The notes below the pieces were generated by a model. It saw nothing but the letters and a program-made list of their open reading frames with translations. It had not been told where the DNA came from and did not search any database. Shown here one piece after another: positions 50,324-64,000 of a DNA stretch of 64,000 nt. A program made the position numbers and the translations under genes. Within the stretch, counting starts at the first letter, position 1. The number at the start of each line of letters is the position of its first letter. Where the stretch lies: assembly GCA_040954595.2 (NCBI GenBank), contig CM082585.2, forward strand, positions 1,704,902 through 1,768,901, in the 5' to 3' direction. The DNA comes from Balanoglossus misakiensis (taxonomy: Eukaryota > Animalia > Hemichordata).

Positions 50324-51125
50324 TGTGGCACTGATTTTCTGTACTTCAATAGTTCTGTACTTCAATAGTTCTGTCTTATTGTCATTGCGTTGTGTTGTTT
50401 TCTGTTGATCAGTGTCACAGTACCGCTCACACATAATAAACTCAGCCGACACCAGTTATGGCTTCACATTGCTTGTTTTATTTTCTTCAGCATCGCCTGC
50501 ATGGTGAGGGACGCCATGATGTAGGAGGGAAAAGAACGTACACTGAGTTATGGGTTCAATAAATGGGGTTTCAACAATCCACAGTAAGCTAGGGTGTCTG
50601 GTCATGTGACGCACTACATGGCCTGTGTGAAGCTTACAAAACTCTGAAAACACTAAATAAAATAGCTTGATATACCAAAGGTAGTCATATCTGTTTGTTT
50701 AAATTGTATGGAAACCACTGAACAACGATATATTGGCAGGTAAGTACGAAATGGTCAGGAACTGACACATGGGAATAACATGCACGACAATAGGCACTGC
50801 ACACAAGCCTACAAATGGTAAGTACAGAGTGGAATAAAACTGGAAGAACCATGAAAAATATCCAACATCAAACACTGAAACTTTCAACGAGTGTTCTCAA
50901 AATGTTACTTTTGTCCGTGGTATAACATGGGGCATGGATGCCAACCTTTACATAGAAAATATTCGATAGAAATCTGGACGCTACAAATACACTTGCCTGC
51001 ATGGTGAGGGACGCCATGATGTAGGACGTTCTCCCCCTGCAGGCTCGTGAGGGCGCTATGCATGGCAATGATCTCAACAATAGAAAAGTACTGCCCGGGT
51101 AAAAGTGGAAAAACTCCCGGCGACA
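50324..51125 (-). repeat. 5' LTR (802 bp)
   Basis: Matches the 3' LTR except G50600 vs A43648, by eye. Confidence 0.98.
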
Positions 51126-54100
51126 GTTGTAAAATTTCCATGGTTGCTTCCAAACAGCCTCGTTTATTTACCGAATTCTGTTGTGAGGCGCAGAACACAT
51201 AGATAGGCATATGTGCATAAGAAAGTTTTCCACTATAGACTCTGTAGATCGAGAGATAGTTCTAAAATGTCCATGGTTGCTACCAAACACAGCCTCGTTT
51301 GTTTACAAAATTCTGTTGTGATGCGCAGAACACATAGATAGGCCTATGCGCATATGAACGTTTTCCACCATACACTGTAGATCGAGAGATAGTTCTAAAA
51401 CTTCCATGTTTGCTTCCAAACAGCCTCGTTTATTTGCGGAATTCTGTTTTGAGGCGCAGAACACATAGATAGGCATATGTGAATAAGAAAGTTTTCCACT
51501 ATAGACTCTGTAGATCGAGAGATAGTTGTAAAATTTCCATGGTTGCTTCCAAACAGCCTCGTTTATTTACCGATTTCTGTTGTGAGGCGCAGAACACATA
51601 GATAGGCCTATGCGCATAAAAAACTTTTCAACTTTAGATCAACGGATAGTTCTAAAATTTCCATGGTTGTTTCCAAACAGCCTCGTTTATTTACCGAATT
51701 CTGTTGTGATGCGTAGAACACATACATATGCCTATGCGCATAAGAAAGTTTTCCACTAGACTCCGTAGATCGACGAATAGTTCTAAAATGTCCATGGTTG
51801 CTTCCAAACAAAGCCTGGTTTGTTTACAAAATTCTGTTGTGATGCGCAGAACACATAGATAGGCCTATGCGCATATGAACGTTTTCCACTATACTCTGTA
51901 GATCGAGAGATAGTTCTAAAATTTCCATGTTTGCTTCCAAACAGCCTCGTTTATTTACGGAATTCTGTTTTGAGGCGCAGAACACATAGATAGGCATATG
52001 TGCATAAGAAAGTTTTCCACTATAGACTCTGTAGATCGAGAGATAGTTCTAAAATGTCCATGGTTGCTTCCAAACACAGCCTCGTTTGTTTACAAAATTC
52101 TGTTGTGATGCGCAGAACACATATATAGGCCTATGCGCATAATAACGTTTTCCACTAGACTCTGTACATCGACGGATAGTTGTAAAATTTCCATGGTTGC
52201 TTCCAAACAGCCTCGTTAATTTACCGAATTCTGTTGTTAGGCGCAGAACACGTTATAGGCCTATGCGCATAAGAAAGTTTTCCACCAGACTCTGTAGATG
52301 GACTGATAGTTGTAAAATTTCCATGGTTGCTTCCAAACAGCCTCGTTTATTTACTGATTTCTGTTGTGAGGCGCAGAACACATGATAGGCCAATGCGCAT
52401 AAGACATTTTCCCACTAGACTCTGTAGATCGACGGATAGTTGTAAAATTTCCATGGTTGCTTCCAAACAACCTCGTTTGTTTACGAATTCTGTTGTGATG
52501 CGCAGAACACATATATAGGGCTATGCGCATAAGAAAGTTTTCCACCAGACTCCGTAGATCGACGGATAGTTGTAAAATTTCCATGGTTGCTTCCAAACAG
52601 CCTCGTTTATTTACCGAATTCTGTTGTGAGGCGCAGAACACATAGATAGGCATATGTGCATAAGAAAGTTTTCCACTATAGACTCTGTAGATCGAGAGAT
52701 AGTTCTAAAATGTCCATGGTTGCTACCAAACACAGCCTCGTTTGTTTACAAAATTCTGTTGTGATGCGCAGAACACATAGATAGGCCTATGCGCATATGA
52801 ACGTTTTCCACCATACACTGTAGATCGAGAGATAGTTGTAAAATTTCCATGGTTGCTTCCAAACAGCCTCGTTTATTTACCGATTTCTGTTGTGAGGCGC
52901 AGAACACATGATAGGCCTATGCGCATGAGACATTTTTCCACTAGACTCTGTAGATCGACGGATAGTTGTAAAATTTCATGGTTGCTTCCAAATACAGCCT
53001 CGTTTATTTACCGATTTCTGTTGTGAGGCGCAGAACACATAGATAGGCCTATGTGCATAAGAAAGTTTTCCACTATAGACTCTGTAGATCGAGAGATAGT
53101 TCTAAAATGTCCATGGTTGCTTCCAAACACAGCCTCGTTTGTTTACAAAATTCTGTTGTGATGCGCAGAACACATATATAGGCCTATGCGCATAATAACG
53201 TTTTCCACTAGACTCTGTAGATCGACGGATAGTTGTAAAATTTCCATGGTTGCTTCCAAACAGCCTCGTTTATTTACCGAATTCTGTTGTGAGGCGCAGA
53301 ACACATGATAGGCCTATGCGCATAAGACATTTTTCCACTAGACTCTGTAGATCGACGGATAGTTCTAAAATTTCCATGGTTGCTTCCAAACAGCCTCGTT
53401 TATTTACCGAATTCTGTTGTGAGGCGCAGAGCACGTAATAGGCCTATGCGCATAAGAAAGTTTTCCACCAGACTCTGTAGATCGACGGATAGTTGTACAA
53501 TTTCCATGGTTGCTTCCAAACAGCCTCGTTTATTTACCGATTTCTGTTGTGATGCGCAGAACACATAGATAGGCATATGTGCATAATAAAGTTTTCCACT
53601 AGACTCTGTAGATCGAGAGATAGTTCTAAAATTTCCATGGTTGCTTCCAAACACAGCCTCGTTTGTTTACAAAATTCTGTTGTGATGCGCAGAACACATA
53701 TATAGGCCTATGCGCATAATAACGTTTTCCACTAGACTCTGTAGATCGACGGATAGTTGTAAAATTTCCATGGTTGCTTCCAAACAGCCTCGTTTATTTA
53801 CCGAATTCTGTTGTGAGGCGCAGAACACATAGATAGGCATATGTGCATAAGAAAGTTTTCCACTATAGACTCTGTAGATCGAGAGATAGTTCTAAAATGT
53901 CCATGGTTGCTTCCAAACACAGCCTCGTTTGTTTACAAAATTCTGTTGTGATGCGCAGAACACATATATAGGCCTATGCGCATCAGAACGTTTCCACTAG
54001 ACTCTGTAGATCGACGGATAGCTGTAAAATTTCCATGGTTGCTTTTAAACAGCCTCGTTTATTTACCGATTTCTGTTGTGAGGCGCAGAACACATAGATA

Positions 54101-57100
54101 GGCATATGTGCATAAGAAAGTTTTCCACTATAGACTCTGTAGATCGAGAGATAGTTCTAAAATGTCCATGGTTGCTCCCAAACACAGCCTCGTTTGTTTA
54201 CAAAATTCTGTTATGATGCGCAGAACACATATATAGGCCTATGCGCATAAGAACGTTTCCACTAGACTCTGTAGATCGACGGATAGCTGTAAAATTTCCA
54301 TGGTTGCTTTTAAACAGCCTCGTTTATTTACCGATTTCTGTTGTGAGGCGCAGAACACATAGATAGGCATATGTGCATAAGAAAGTTTTCCACTATAGAC
54401 TCTGTAGATCGAGAGATAGTTCTAAAATGTCCATGGTTGCTTCCAAACACAGCCTCGTTTATTTACCGATTTCTGTTGTGATGCGCATAACACATAGATA
54501 GGCCTATGCGCATAAGAACGTTTTCCACTAGACTCTGTAGATCGACGGATAGTTGTACAATTTCCATGGTTGCTTCCAAACAGCATCGTTTATTTACCGA
54601 ATTCTGTTGTGAGGCGCAGAACACGTAATAGGTCTATGCGCATAAGGAAGTTTTCCACCAGACTCTGTAGATCGACGGATAGTTGTAAAATTTCATGGTT
54701 GCTTCCAAATACAGCCTCGTTTATTTACCGATTTCTGTTGTGATGCGCATAACACATAGATAGGCCTATGCGCATAAGAACGTTTTCCACTAGACTATGT
54801 AGATCCACGGATAGTTGTACAATTTCCATGGTTGCTTCCAAACAGCCTCGTTTATTTACCGATTTCTGTTGTGAGGCGCAGAACACATGATAGGCCTATG
54901 CGCATAAGACATTTTTCCACTAGACTCTGTAGATCGACGGATAGTTCTAAAATTTCCATGGTTGCTTCCAAACAGCCTCGTTTATTTACCGAATTCTGTT
55001 GTAAGGCGCAGAGCACGCAATAGGCCTATGCGCATAAGAAAGTTTTCCACCAGACTCCGTAGATCGACGGATAGTTGTAAAAGTTCCATGGTTGTTTCCA
55101 AACACAGCCTCGTTCATTTACAAAATTCTGTTGTGATGCGCTGAACACATACATATGCCTATGCGCATAAGAAAGTTTCCCACTAGACTCTGTAGATCGA
55201 CGGATAGTTCTAAAATTTCCATGATTTCTTCCAAACACATCCTCGATTGTTTACAAAATTCTGTTGTGATGCGCAGAACACATAGATAGGCCTGTGCGCA
55301 TATGAACGTTTTCCACTATACACTGTAGATCCAGAGATAGTTCTAAAACTTCCATGTTTGCTTCCAAACAGCCTCGTTTATTTGCGGAATTCTGTTTTGA
55401 GGCGCAGAACACATAGATAGGCATATGTGAATAAGAAAGTTTTCCACTATAGACTCTGTAGATCGAGAGATAGTTGTAAAATTTCCATGGTTGCTTCCAA
55501 ACAGCCTCGTTTATTTACCGATTTCTGTTGTGAGGCGCAGAACACATAGATAGGCCTATGCGCATAAAAAACTTTTCAACTTTAGATCAACGGATAGTTC
55601 AAAAATTTCCATGGTTGTTTCCAAACAGCCTCGTTTATTTACCGAATTCTGTTGTGATGCGTAGAACACATACATATGCCTATGCGCATAAGAAAGTTTT
55701 CCACTAGACTCCGTAGATCGACGAATAGTTCTAAAATGTCCATGGTTGCTTCCAAACAGCCTCGTTTATTGACGGAATTCTGTTTTGAGGCGCAGAACAC
55801 ATAGATAGGCATATGTGCATAAGAAAGTTTTCCACTATAGACTCTGTACATCGAGAGATAGTTCTAAAATTTCCATGGTTGCTTCCAAACACAGCCTCGT
55901 TTGTTTACAAAATTCTGTTGTGATGCGCAGAACACATATATAGGCCTATGCGCATAAGAACGTTTTCCACTAGACTCTGTAGATCGACGGATAGTTCTAA
56001 AATTTCCATGGTTGCTTCCAAACAGCCTCGTTTATTTACCGAATTCTGTTGTGAGGCACAGAACACATTGATAGGCCTATGTGCATAAGAAAGTTTTCCA
56101 CTATAGACTCTGTAGATCGAGAGATAGTTCTAAAATGTCCATGGTTGCTTCCAAACACAGCCTCGTTTGTTTACAAAATTCTGTTGTGATGCGCAGAACA
56201 CATATATAGGCCTATGCGCATAATAACGTTTTCCACTAGACTCTGTAGATCGACGGATAGTTGTAAAATTTCCATGGTTGCTTCCAAACAGCCTCGTTTA
56301 TTTACCGAATTCTGTTGTGAGGCGCAGAACACATAGATAGGCATATGTGCATAAGAAAGTTTTCCACTATAGACTCTGTAGATCGAGAGATAGTTCTAAA
56401 ATGTCCATGGTTGCTACCAAACACAGCCTCGTTTGTTTACAAAATTCTGTTGTGATGCGCAGAACACATATATAGGCCTATGCGCATAAGAACGTTTCCA
56501 CTAGACTCTGTAGATCGACGGATAGCTGTAAAATTTCCATGGTTGCTTCCAAACAGCCTCGTTTATTTACCGATTTCTGTTGTGAGGCGCAGAACACATG
56601 ATAGGCCTATGCGCATGAGACATTTTTCCACTAGACTCTGTAGATCGACGGATAGCTGTAAAATTTCCATGGTTGCTTCCAAACAGCCTCGTTTATTTAC
56701 CGATTTCTGTTGTGAGGCGCAGAACACATGATAGGCCTATGCGCATGAGACATTTTTCCACTAGACTCTGTAGATCGACGGATAGTTGTAAAATTTCATG
56801 GTTGCTTCCAAATACAGCCTCGTTTATTTACCGATTTCTGTTGTGATGCGCATAACACATTGATAGGCCTATGCGCATAAGAACGTTTCCACTAGACTTT
56901 GTAGATCGACGGATAGTTCTACAATGTCCATGGTTGCTTCCAAACAGCCTCGTTTATTTACCGAATTCTGTTGTGAGGCGCAGAACACGTAATAGGTCTA
57001 TGCGCATAAGGAAGTTTTCCACCAGACTCTGTAGATCGACGGATAGTTGTAAAATTTCATGGTTGCTTCCAAATACAGCCTCGTTTATTTACCGATTTCT

Positions 57101-60100
57101 GTTGTGATGCGCATAACACATAGATAGGCCTATGCGCATAAGAACGTTTTCCACTAGACTCTTTAGATCGACGGATAGTTGTACAATTTCCATGGTTGCT
57201 TCCAAACAGCCTCGTTTATTTACCGATTTCTGTTGTGAGGCGCAGAACACATGATAGGCCTATGCGCATAAGACATTTTTCCACTAGACTCTGTAGATCG
57301 ACGGATAGTTCTAAAATTTCCATGGTTGCTTCCAAACAGCCTCGTTTATTTACCGAATTCTGTTGTGAGGCGCAGAGCACGTAATAGGCCTATGCGCATA
57401 AGAAAGTTTTCCACCAGACTCTGTAGATCGACGGATAGTTGTAAAATTTCCATGGTTGCTTCCAAACAGCCTCGTTTATTTACCGATTTCTGTTGTGATG
57501 CGCAGAACACATAGATAGGCATATGTGCATAATAAAGTTTTCCACTAGACTCTGTAGATCGAGAGATAGTTCTAAAATTTCCATGGTTGCTTCCAAACAC
57601 AGCCTCGTTTGTTTACAAAATTCTGTTGTGATGCGCAGAACACATATATAGGCCTATGCGCATAATAACGTTTTCCACTAGACTCTGTAGATCGACGGAT
57701 AGTTGTAAAATTTCCATGGTTGCTTCCAAACAGCCTCGTTTATTTACCGAATTCTGTTGTGAGGCGCAGAACACATAGATAGGCATATGTGCATAAGAAA
57801 GTTTTCCACTATAGACTCTGTAGATCGAGAGATAGTTCTAAAATGTCCATGGTTGCTTCCAAACACAGCCTCGTTTGTTTACAAAATTCTGTTGTGATGC
57901 GCAGAACACATATATAGGCCTATGCGCATAATAACGTTTCCACTAGACTTTGTAGATCGACGGATAGTTCTACAATGTCCATGGTTGCTTCCAAACAGCC
58001 TCGTTTATTTACCGAATTCTGTTGTGAGGCGCAGAACACGTAATAGGTCTATGCGCATAAGGAAGTTTTCCACCAGACTCTGTAGATCGACGGATAGTTG
58101 TAAAATTTCATGGTTGCTTCCAAATACAGCCTCGTTTATTTACCGATTTCTGTTGTGATGCGCATAACACATAGATAGGCCTATGCGCATAAGAACGTTT
58201 TCCACTAGACTCTTTAGATCGACGGATAGTTGTACAATTTCCATGGTTGCTTCCAAACAGCCTCGTTTATTTACCGATTTCTGTTGTGAGGCGCAGAACA
58301 CATGATAGGCCTATGCGCATAAGACATTTTTCCACTAGACTCTGTAGATCGACGGATAGTTCTAAAATTTCCATGGTTGCTTCCAAACAGCCTCGTTTAT
58401 TTACCGAATTCTGTTGTGAGGCGCAGAGCACGTAATAGGCCTATGCGCATAAGAAAGTTTTCCACCAGACTCTGTAGATCGACGGATAGTTGTAAAATTT
58501 CCATGGTTGCTTCCAAACAGCCTCGTTTATTTACCGATTTCTGTTGTGATGCGCAGAACACATAGATAGGCATATGTGCATAATAAAGTTTTCCACTAGA
58601 CTCTGTAGATCGAGAGATAGTTCTAAAATTTCCATGGTTGCTTCCAAACACAGCCTCGTTTGTTTACAAAATTCTGTTGTGATGCGCAGAACACATATAT
58701 AGGCCTATGCGCATAATAACGTTTTCCACTAGACTCTGTAGATCGACGGATAGTTGTAAAATTTCCATGGTTGCTTCCAAACAGCCTCGTTTATTTACCG
58801 AATTCTGTTGTGAGGCGCAGAACACATAGATAGGCATATGTGCATAAGAAAGTTTTCCACTATAGACTCTGTAGATCGAGAGATAGTTCTAAAATGTCCA
58901 TGGTTGCTTCCAAACACAGCCTCGTTTGTTTACAAAATTCTGTTGTGATGCGCAGAACACATATATAGGCCTATGCGCATAATAACGTTTTCCACTAGAC
59001 TCTGTAGATCGACGGATAGCTGTAAAATTTCCATGGTTGCTTCCAAACAGCCTCGTTTATTTACCGAATTCTGTTGTGAGGCGCAGAACACATAGATAGG
59101 CATATGTGCATAAGAAAGTTTTCCACTACAGACTCTGTAGATCGAGAGATAGTTCTAAAATGTCCATGGTTGCTTCCAAACACAGCCTCGTTTATTTACC
59201 GATTTCTGTTGTGATGCGCATAACACATAGATAGGCCTATGCGCATGAGACATTTTTCCACTAGACTCTGTAGATCGACGGATAGTTGTAAAATTTCATG
59301 GTTGCTTCCAAATACAGCCTCGTTTATTTACCGATTTCTGTTGTGATGCGCATAACACATTGATAGGCCTATGCGCATAAGAACGTTTCCACTAGACTTT
59401 GTAGATCGACGGATAGTTGTACAATGTCCATGGTTGCTTCCAAACAGCCTCGTTTATTTACCGAATTCTGTTGTGAGGCGCAGAGCACGTAATAGGCCTA
59501 TGCGCATAAGAAAGTTTTCCACCAGACTCTGTAGATCGACGGATAGTTGTAAAATTTCCATGGTTGCTTCCAAACAGCCTCGTTTATTTACCGATTTCTG
59601 TTGTGATGCGCAGAACACATAGATAGGCATATGTGCATAATAAAGTTTTCCACTAGACTCTGTAGATCGAGAGATAGTTCTAAAATTTCCATGGTTGCTT
59701 CCAAACACAGCCTCGTTTGTTTACAAAATTCTGTTGTGATGCGCAGAACACATATATAGGCCTATGCGCATAATAACGTTTTCCACTAGACTCTGTAGAT
59801 CGACGGATAGTTGTAAAATTTCCATGGTTGCTTCCAAACAGCCTCGTTTATTTACCGAATTCTGTTGTGAGGCGCAGAACACATAGATAGGCATATGTGC
59901 ATAAGAAAGTTTTCCACTATAGACTCTGTAGAACGAGAGATAGTTCTAAAATGTCCATGGTTGCTACCAAACACAGCCTCGTTTGTTTACAAAATTCTGT
60001 TGTGATGCGCAGAACACATATATAGGCCTATGCGCATAAGAACGTTTCCACTAGACTCTGTAGATCGACGGATAGCTGTAAAATTTCCATGGTTGCTTCC

Positions 60101-63100
60101 AAACAGCCTCGTTTATTTACCGATTTCTGTTGTGAGGCGCAGAACACATGATAGGCCTATGCGCATGAGACATTTTTCCACTAGACTCTGTAGATCGACG
60201 GATAGCTGTAAAATTTCCATGGTTGCTTCCAAACAGCCTCGTTTATTTACCGATTTCTGTTGTGAGGCGCAGAACACATGATAGGCCTATGCGCATGAGA
60301 CATTTTTCCACTAGACTCTGTAGATCGACGGATAGTTGTAAAATTTCATGGTTGCTTCCAAATACAGCCTCGTTTATTTACCGATTTCTGTTGTGATGCG
60401 CATAACACATTGATAGGCCTATGCGCATAAGAACGTTTCCACTAGACTTTGTAGATCGACGGATAGTTCTACAATGTCCATGGTTGCTTCCAAACAGCCT
60501 CGTTTATTTACCGAATTCTGTTGTGAGGCGCAGAACACGTAATAGGTCTATGCGCATAAGGAAGTTTTCCACCAGACTCTGTAGATCGACGGATAGTTGT
60601 AAAATTTCATGGTTGCTTCCAAATACAGCCTCGTTTATTTACCGATTTCTGTTGTGATGCGCATAACACATAGATGGGCCTATGCGCATAAGAACGTTTT
60701 CCACTAGACTCTTTAGATCGACGGATAGTTGTACAATTTCCATGGTTGCTTCCAAACAGCCTCGTTTATTTACCGATTTCTGTTGTGAGGCGCAGAACAC
60801 ATGATAGGCCTATGCGCATAAGACATTTTTCCACTAGACTCTGTAGATCGACGGATAGTTCTAAAATTTCCATGGTTGCTTCCAAACAGCCTCGTTTATT
60901 TACCGAATTCTGTTGTGAGGCGCAGAGCACGTAATAGGCCTATGCGCATAAGAAAGTTTTCCACCAGACTCTGTAGATCGACGGATAGTTGTAAAATTTC
61001 CATGGTTGCTTCCAAACAGCCTCGTTTATTTACCGATTTCTGTTGTGATGCGCAGAACACATAGATAGGCATATGTGCATAATAAAGTTTTCCACTAGAC
61101 TCTGTAGATCGAGAGATAGTTCTAAAATTTCCATGGTTGCTTCCAAACACAGCCTCGTTTGTTTACAAAATTCTGTTGTGATGCGCAGAACACATATATA
61201 GGCCTATGCGCATAATAACGTTTTCCACTAGACTCTGTAGATCGACGGATAGTTGTAAAATTTCCATGGTTGCTTCCAAACAGCCTCGTTTATTTACCGA
61301 ATTCTGTTGTGAGGCGCAGAACACATAGATAGGCATATGTGCATAAGAAAGTTTTCCACTATAGACTCTGTAGAACGAGAGATAGTTCTAAAATGTCCAT
61401 GGTTGCTACCAAACACAGCCTCGTTTGTTTACAAAATTCTGTTGTGATGCGCAGAACACATATATAGGCCTATGCGCATAAGAACGTTTCCACTAGACTC
61501 TGTAGATCGACGGATAGCTGTAAAATTTCCATGGTTGCTTCCAAACAGCCTCGTTTATTTACCGATTTCTGTTGTGAGGCGCAGAACACATGATAGGCCT
61601 ATGCGCATGAGACATTTTTCCACTAGACTCTGTAGATCGACGGATAGCTGTAAAATTTCCATGGTTGCTTCCAAACAGCCTCGTTTATTTACCGATTTCT
61701 GTTGTGAGGCGCAGAACACATGATAGGCCTATGCGCATGAGACATTTTTCCACTAGACTCTGTAGATCGACGGATAGTTGTAAAATTTCATGGTTGCTTC
61801 CAAATACAGCCTCGTTTATTTACCGATTTCTGTTGTGATGCGCATAACACATTGATAGGCCTATGCGCATAAGAACGTTTCCACTAGACTTTGTAGATCG
61901 ACGGATAGTTCTACAATGTCCATGGTTGCTTCCAAACAGCCTCGTTTATTTACCGAATTCTGTTGTGAGGCGCAGAACACGTAATAGGTCTATGCGCATA
62001 AGGAAGTTTTCCACCAGACTCTGTAGATCGACGGATAGTTGTAAAATTTCATGGTTGCTTCCAAATACAGCCTCGTTTATTTACCGATTTCTGTTGTGAT
62101 GCGCATAACACATAGATAGGCCTATGCGCATAAGAACGTTTTCCACTAGACTCTTTAGATCGACGGATAGTTGTACAATTTCCATGGTTGCTTCCAAACA
62201 GCCTCGTTTATTTACCGATTTCTGTTGTGAGGCGCAGAACACATGATAGGCCTATGCGCATAAGACATTTTTCCACTAGACTCTGTAGATCGACGGATAG
62301 TTCTAAAATTTCCATGGTTGCTTCCAAACAGCCTCGTTTATTTACCGAATTCTGTTGTGAGGCGCAGAGCACGTAATAGGCCTATGCGCATAAGAAAGTT
62401 TTCCACCAGACTCTGTAGATCGACGGATAGTTGTAAAATTTCCATGGTTGCTTCCAAACAGCCTCGTTTATTTACCGATTTCTGTTGTGATGCGCAGAAC
62501 ACATAGATAGGCATATGTGCATAATAAAGTTTTCCACTAGACTCTGTAGATCGAGAGATAGTTCTAAAATTTCCATGGTTGCTTCCAAACACAGCCTCGT
62601 TTGTTTACAAAATTCTGTTGTGATGCGCAGAACACATAGATAGGCATATGTGCATAAGAAAGTTTTCCACTACAGACTCTGTAGATCGAGAGATAGTTCT
62701 AAAATGTCCATGGTTGCTTCCAAACACAGCCTCGTTTATTTACCGATTTCTGTTGTGATGCGCATAACACATAGATAGGCCTATGCGCATAAGAACGTTT
62801 TCCACTAGACTCTGTAGATCGACGGATAGCTGTACAATTTCCATGGTTGCTTCCAAACAGCCTCGTTTATTTACCGATTTCTGTTGTGAGGCGCAGAACA
62901 CATGATAGGCCTATGCGCATGAGACATTTTTCCACTAGACTCTGTAGATCGACGGATAGTTGTAAAATTTCATGGTTGCTTCCAAATACAGCCTCGTTTA
63001 TTTACCGATTTCTGTTGTGATGCGCATAACACATTGATAGGCCTATGCGCATAAGAACGTTTCCACTAGACTTTGTAGATCGACGGATAGTTGTACAATG

Positions 63101-64000
63101 TCCATGGTTGCTTCCAAACAGCCTCGTTTATTTACCGAATTCTGTTGTGAGGCGCAGAGCACGTAATAGGCCTATGCGCATAAGAAAGTTTTCCACCAGA
63201 CTCTGTAGATCGACGGATAGTTGTAAAATTTCCATGGTTGCTTCCAAACAGCCTCGTTTATTTACCGATTTCTGTTGTGATGCGCAGAACACATAGATAG
63301 GCATATGTGCATAATAAAGTTTTCCACTAGACTCTGTAGATCGAGAGATAGTTCTAAAATTTCCATGGTTGCTTCCAAACACAGCCTCGTTTGTTTACAA
63401 AATTCTGTTGTGATGCGCAGAACACATATATAGGCCTATGCGCATAATAACGTTTTCCACTAGACTCTGTAGATCGACGGATAGTTGTAAAATTTCCATG
63501 GTTGCTTCCAAACAGCCTCGTTTATTTACCGAATTCTGTTGTGAGGCGCAGAACACATAGATAGGCATATGTGCATAATAAAGTTTTCCACTATAGACTC
63601 TGTAGATCGAGAGATAGTTCTAAAATGTCCATGGTTGCTTCCAAACACAGCCTCGTTTGTTTACAAAATTCTGTTGTGATGCGCAGAACACATATATAGG
63701 CCTATGCGCATAAGAACGTTTCCACTAGACTCTGTAGATCGACGGATAGCTGTAAAATTTCCATGGTTGCTTCCAAACAGCCTCGTTTATTTACCGAATT
63801 CTGTTGTGAGGCGCAGAACACATAGATAGGCATATGTGCATAAGAAAGTTTTCCACTACAGACTCTGTAGATCGAGAGATAGTTCTAAAATGTCCATGGT
63901 TGCTTCCAAACACAGCCTCGTTTATTTACCGATTTCTGTTGTGATGCGCATAACACATAGATAGGCCTATGCGCATAAGAACGTTTTCCACTAGACTCTG
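51126..64000 (+). repeat. Satellite array continued (about 131-bp monomer), running off the window end
   Basis: Same monomer and orientation; resumes in exact register after the TSD; periods of 1051 and 1442 bp dominate after about 56 kb. Confidence 0.99.

Larger units (their letters stand above)
43372..51125 (-). mobile_element. Full-length Ty3/Gypsy (Metaviridae) LTR retrotransposon, 7754 bp
   Basis: TG...CA LTR pair, 4-bp TSD GTTG (43368-43371 and 51126-51129), PBS, PPT, gag, and pol in PR-RT-RH-IN order. Confidence 0.99.

Noticed and set aside
11017-64000. Numerous 60-127 aa ORFs (MLPNSLVYLP..., MFGSNHG...) in the array
   Set aside because: By-products of translating a tandem repeat; frame shifts with each monomer, starts are often non-ATG, and no domains are recognisable.
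11017-64000. CRISPR-like array
   Set aside because: No unique spacers (the whole unit repeats), no cas genes, and eukaryotic context.

Overview
Eukaryotic (animal, probably marine invertebrate; species not determinable) genomic window spanning the edge of a large satellite array. Positions 1 to about 11,000 are AT-rich, transposon-dense flank. It holds two apparently damaged exons of a Gln/Pro/Ser-rich gene, several nested MITEs, a TTA-flanked TIR element carrying a spliced, frameshifted BEN-domain-like gene, and a foldback element. From 11,017 to the window end is a head-to-tail array of about 131-bp monomers organised in shifting higher-order repeats (25-mer-like, 20-mer, then 8/11-mer), resembling a (peri)centromeric array. 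A complete, very young 7,754-bp Ty3/Gypsy LTR retrotransposon (43,372-51,125, minus strand) is inserted cleanly in the array. It has 802-bp LTRs with one visible mismatch, a GTTG target-site duplication, a tRNA-His-type PBS, a PPT, a PNMA-like gag, and pol reached by a -1 frameshift. The most intriguing new signal is the RNA architecture of that frameshift. The stimulatory hairpin loop GAGGGAC can pair with an adjacent hairpin loop, or perfectly with a GUCCCUC loop in a duplicated 32-nt LTR motif about 4.6 and 5.1 kb downstream. All alignments and folds were done by eye.
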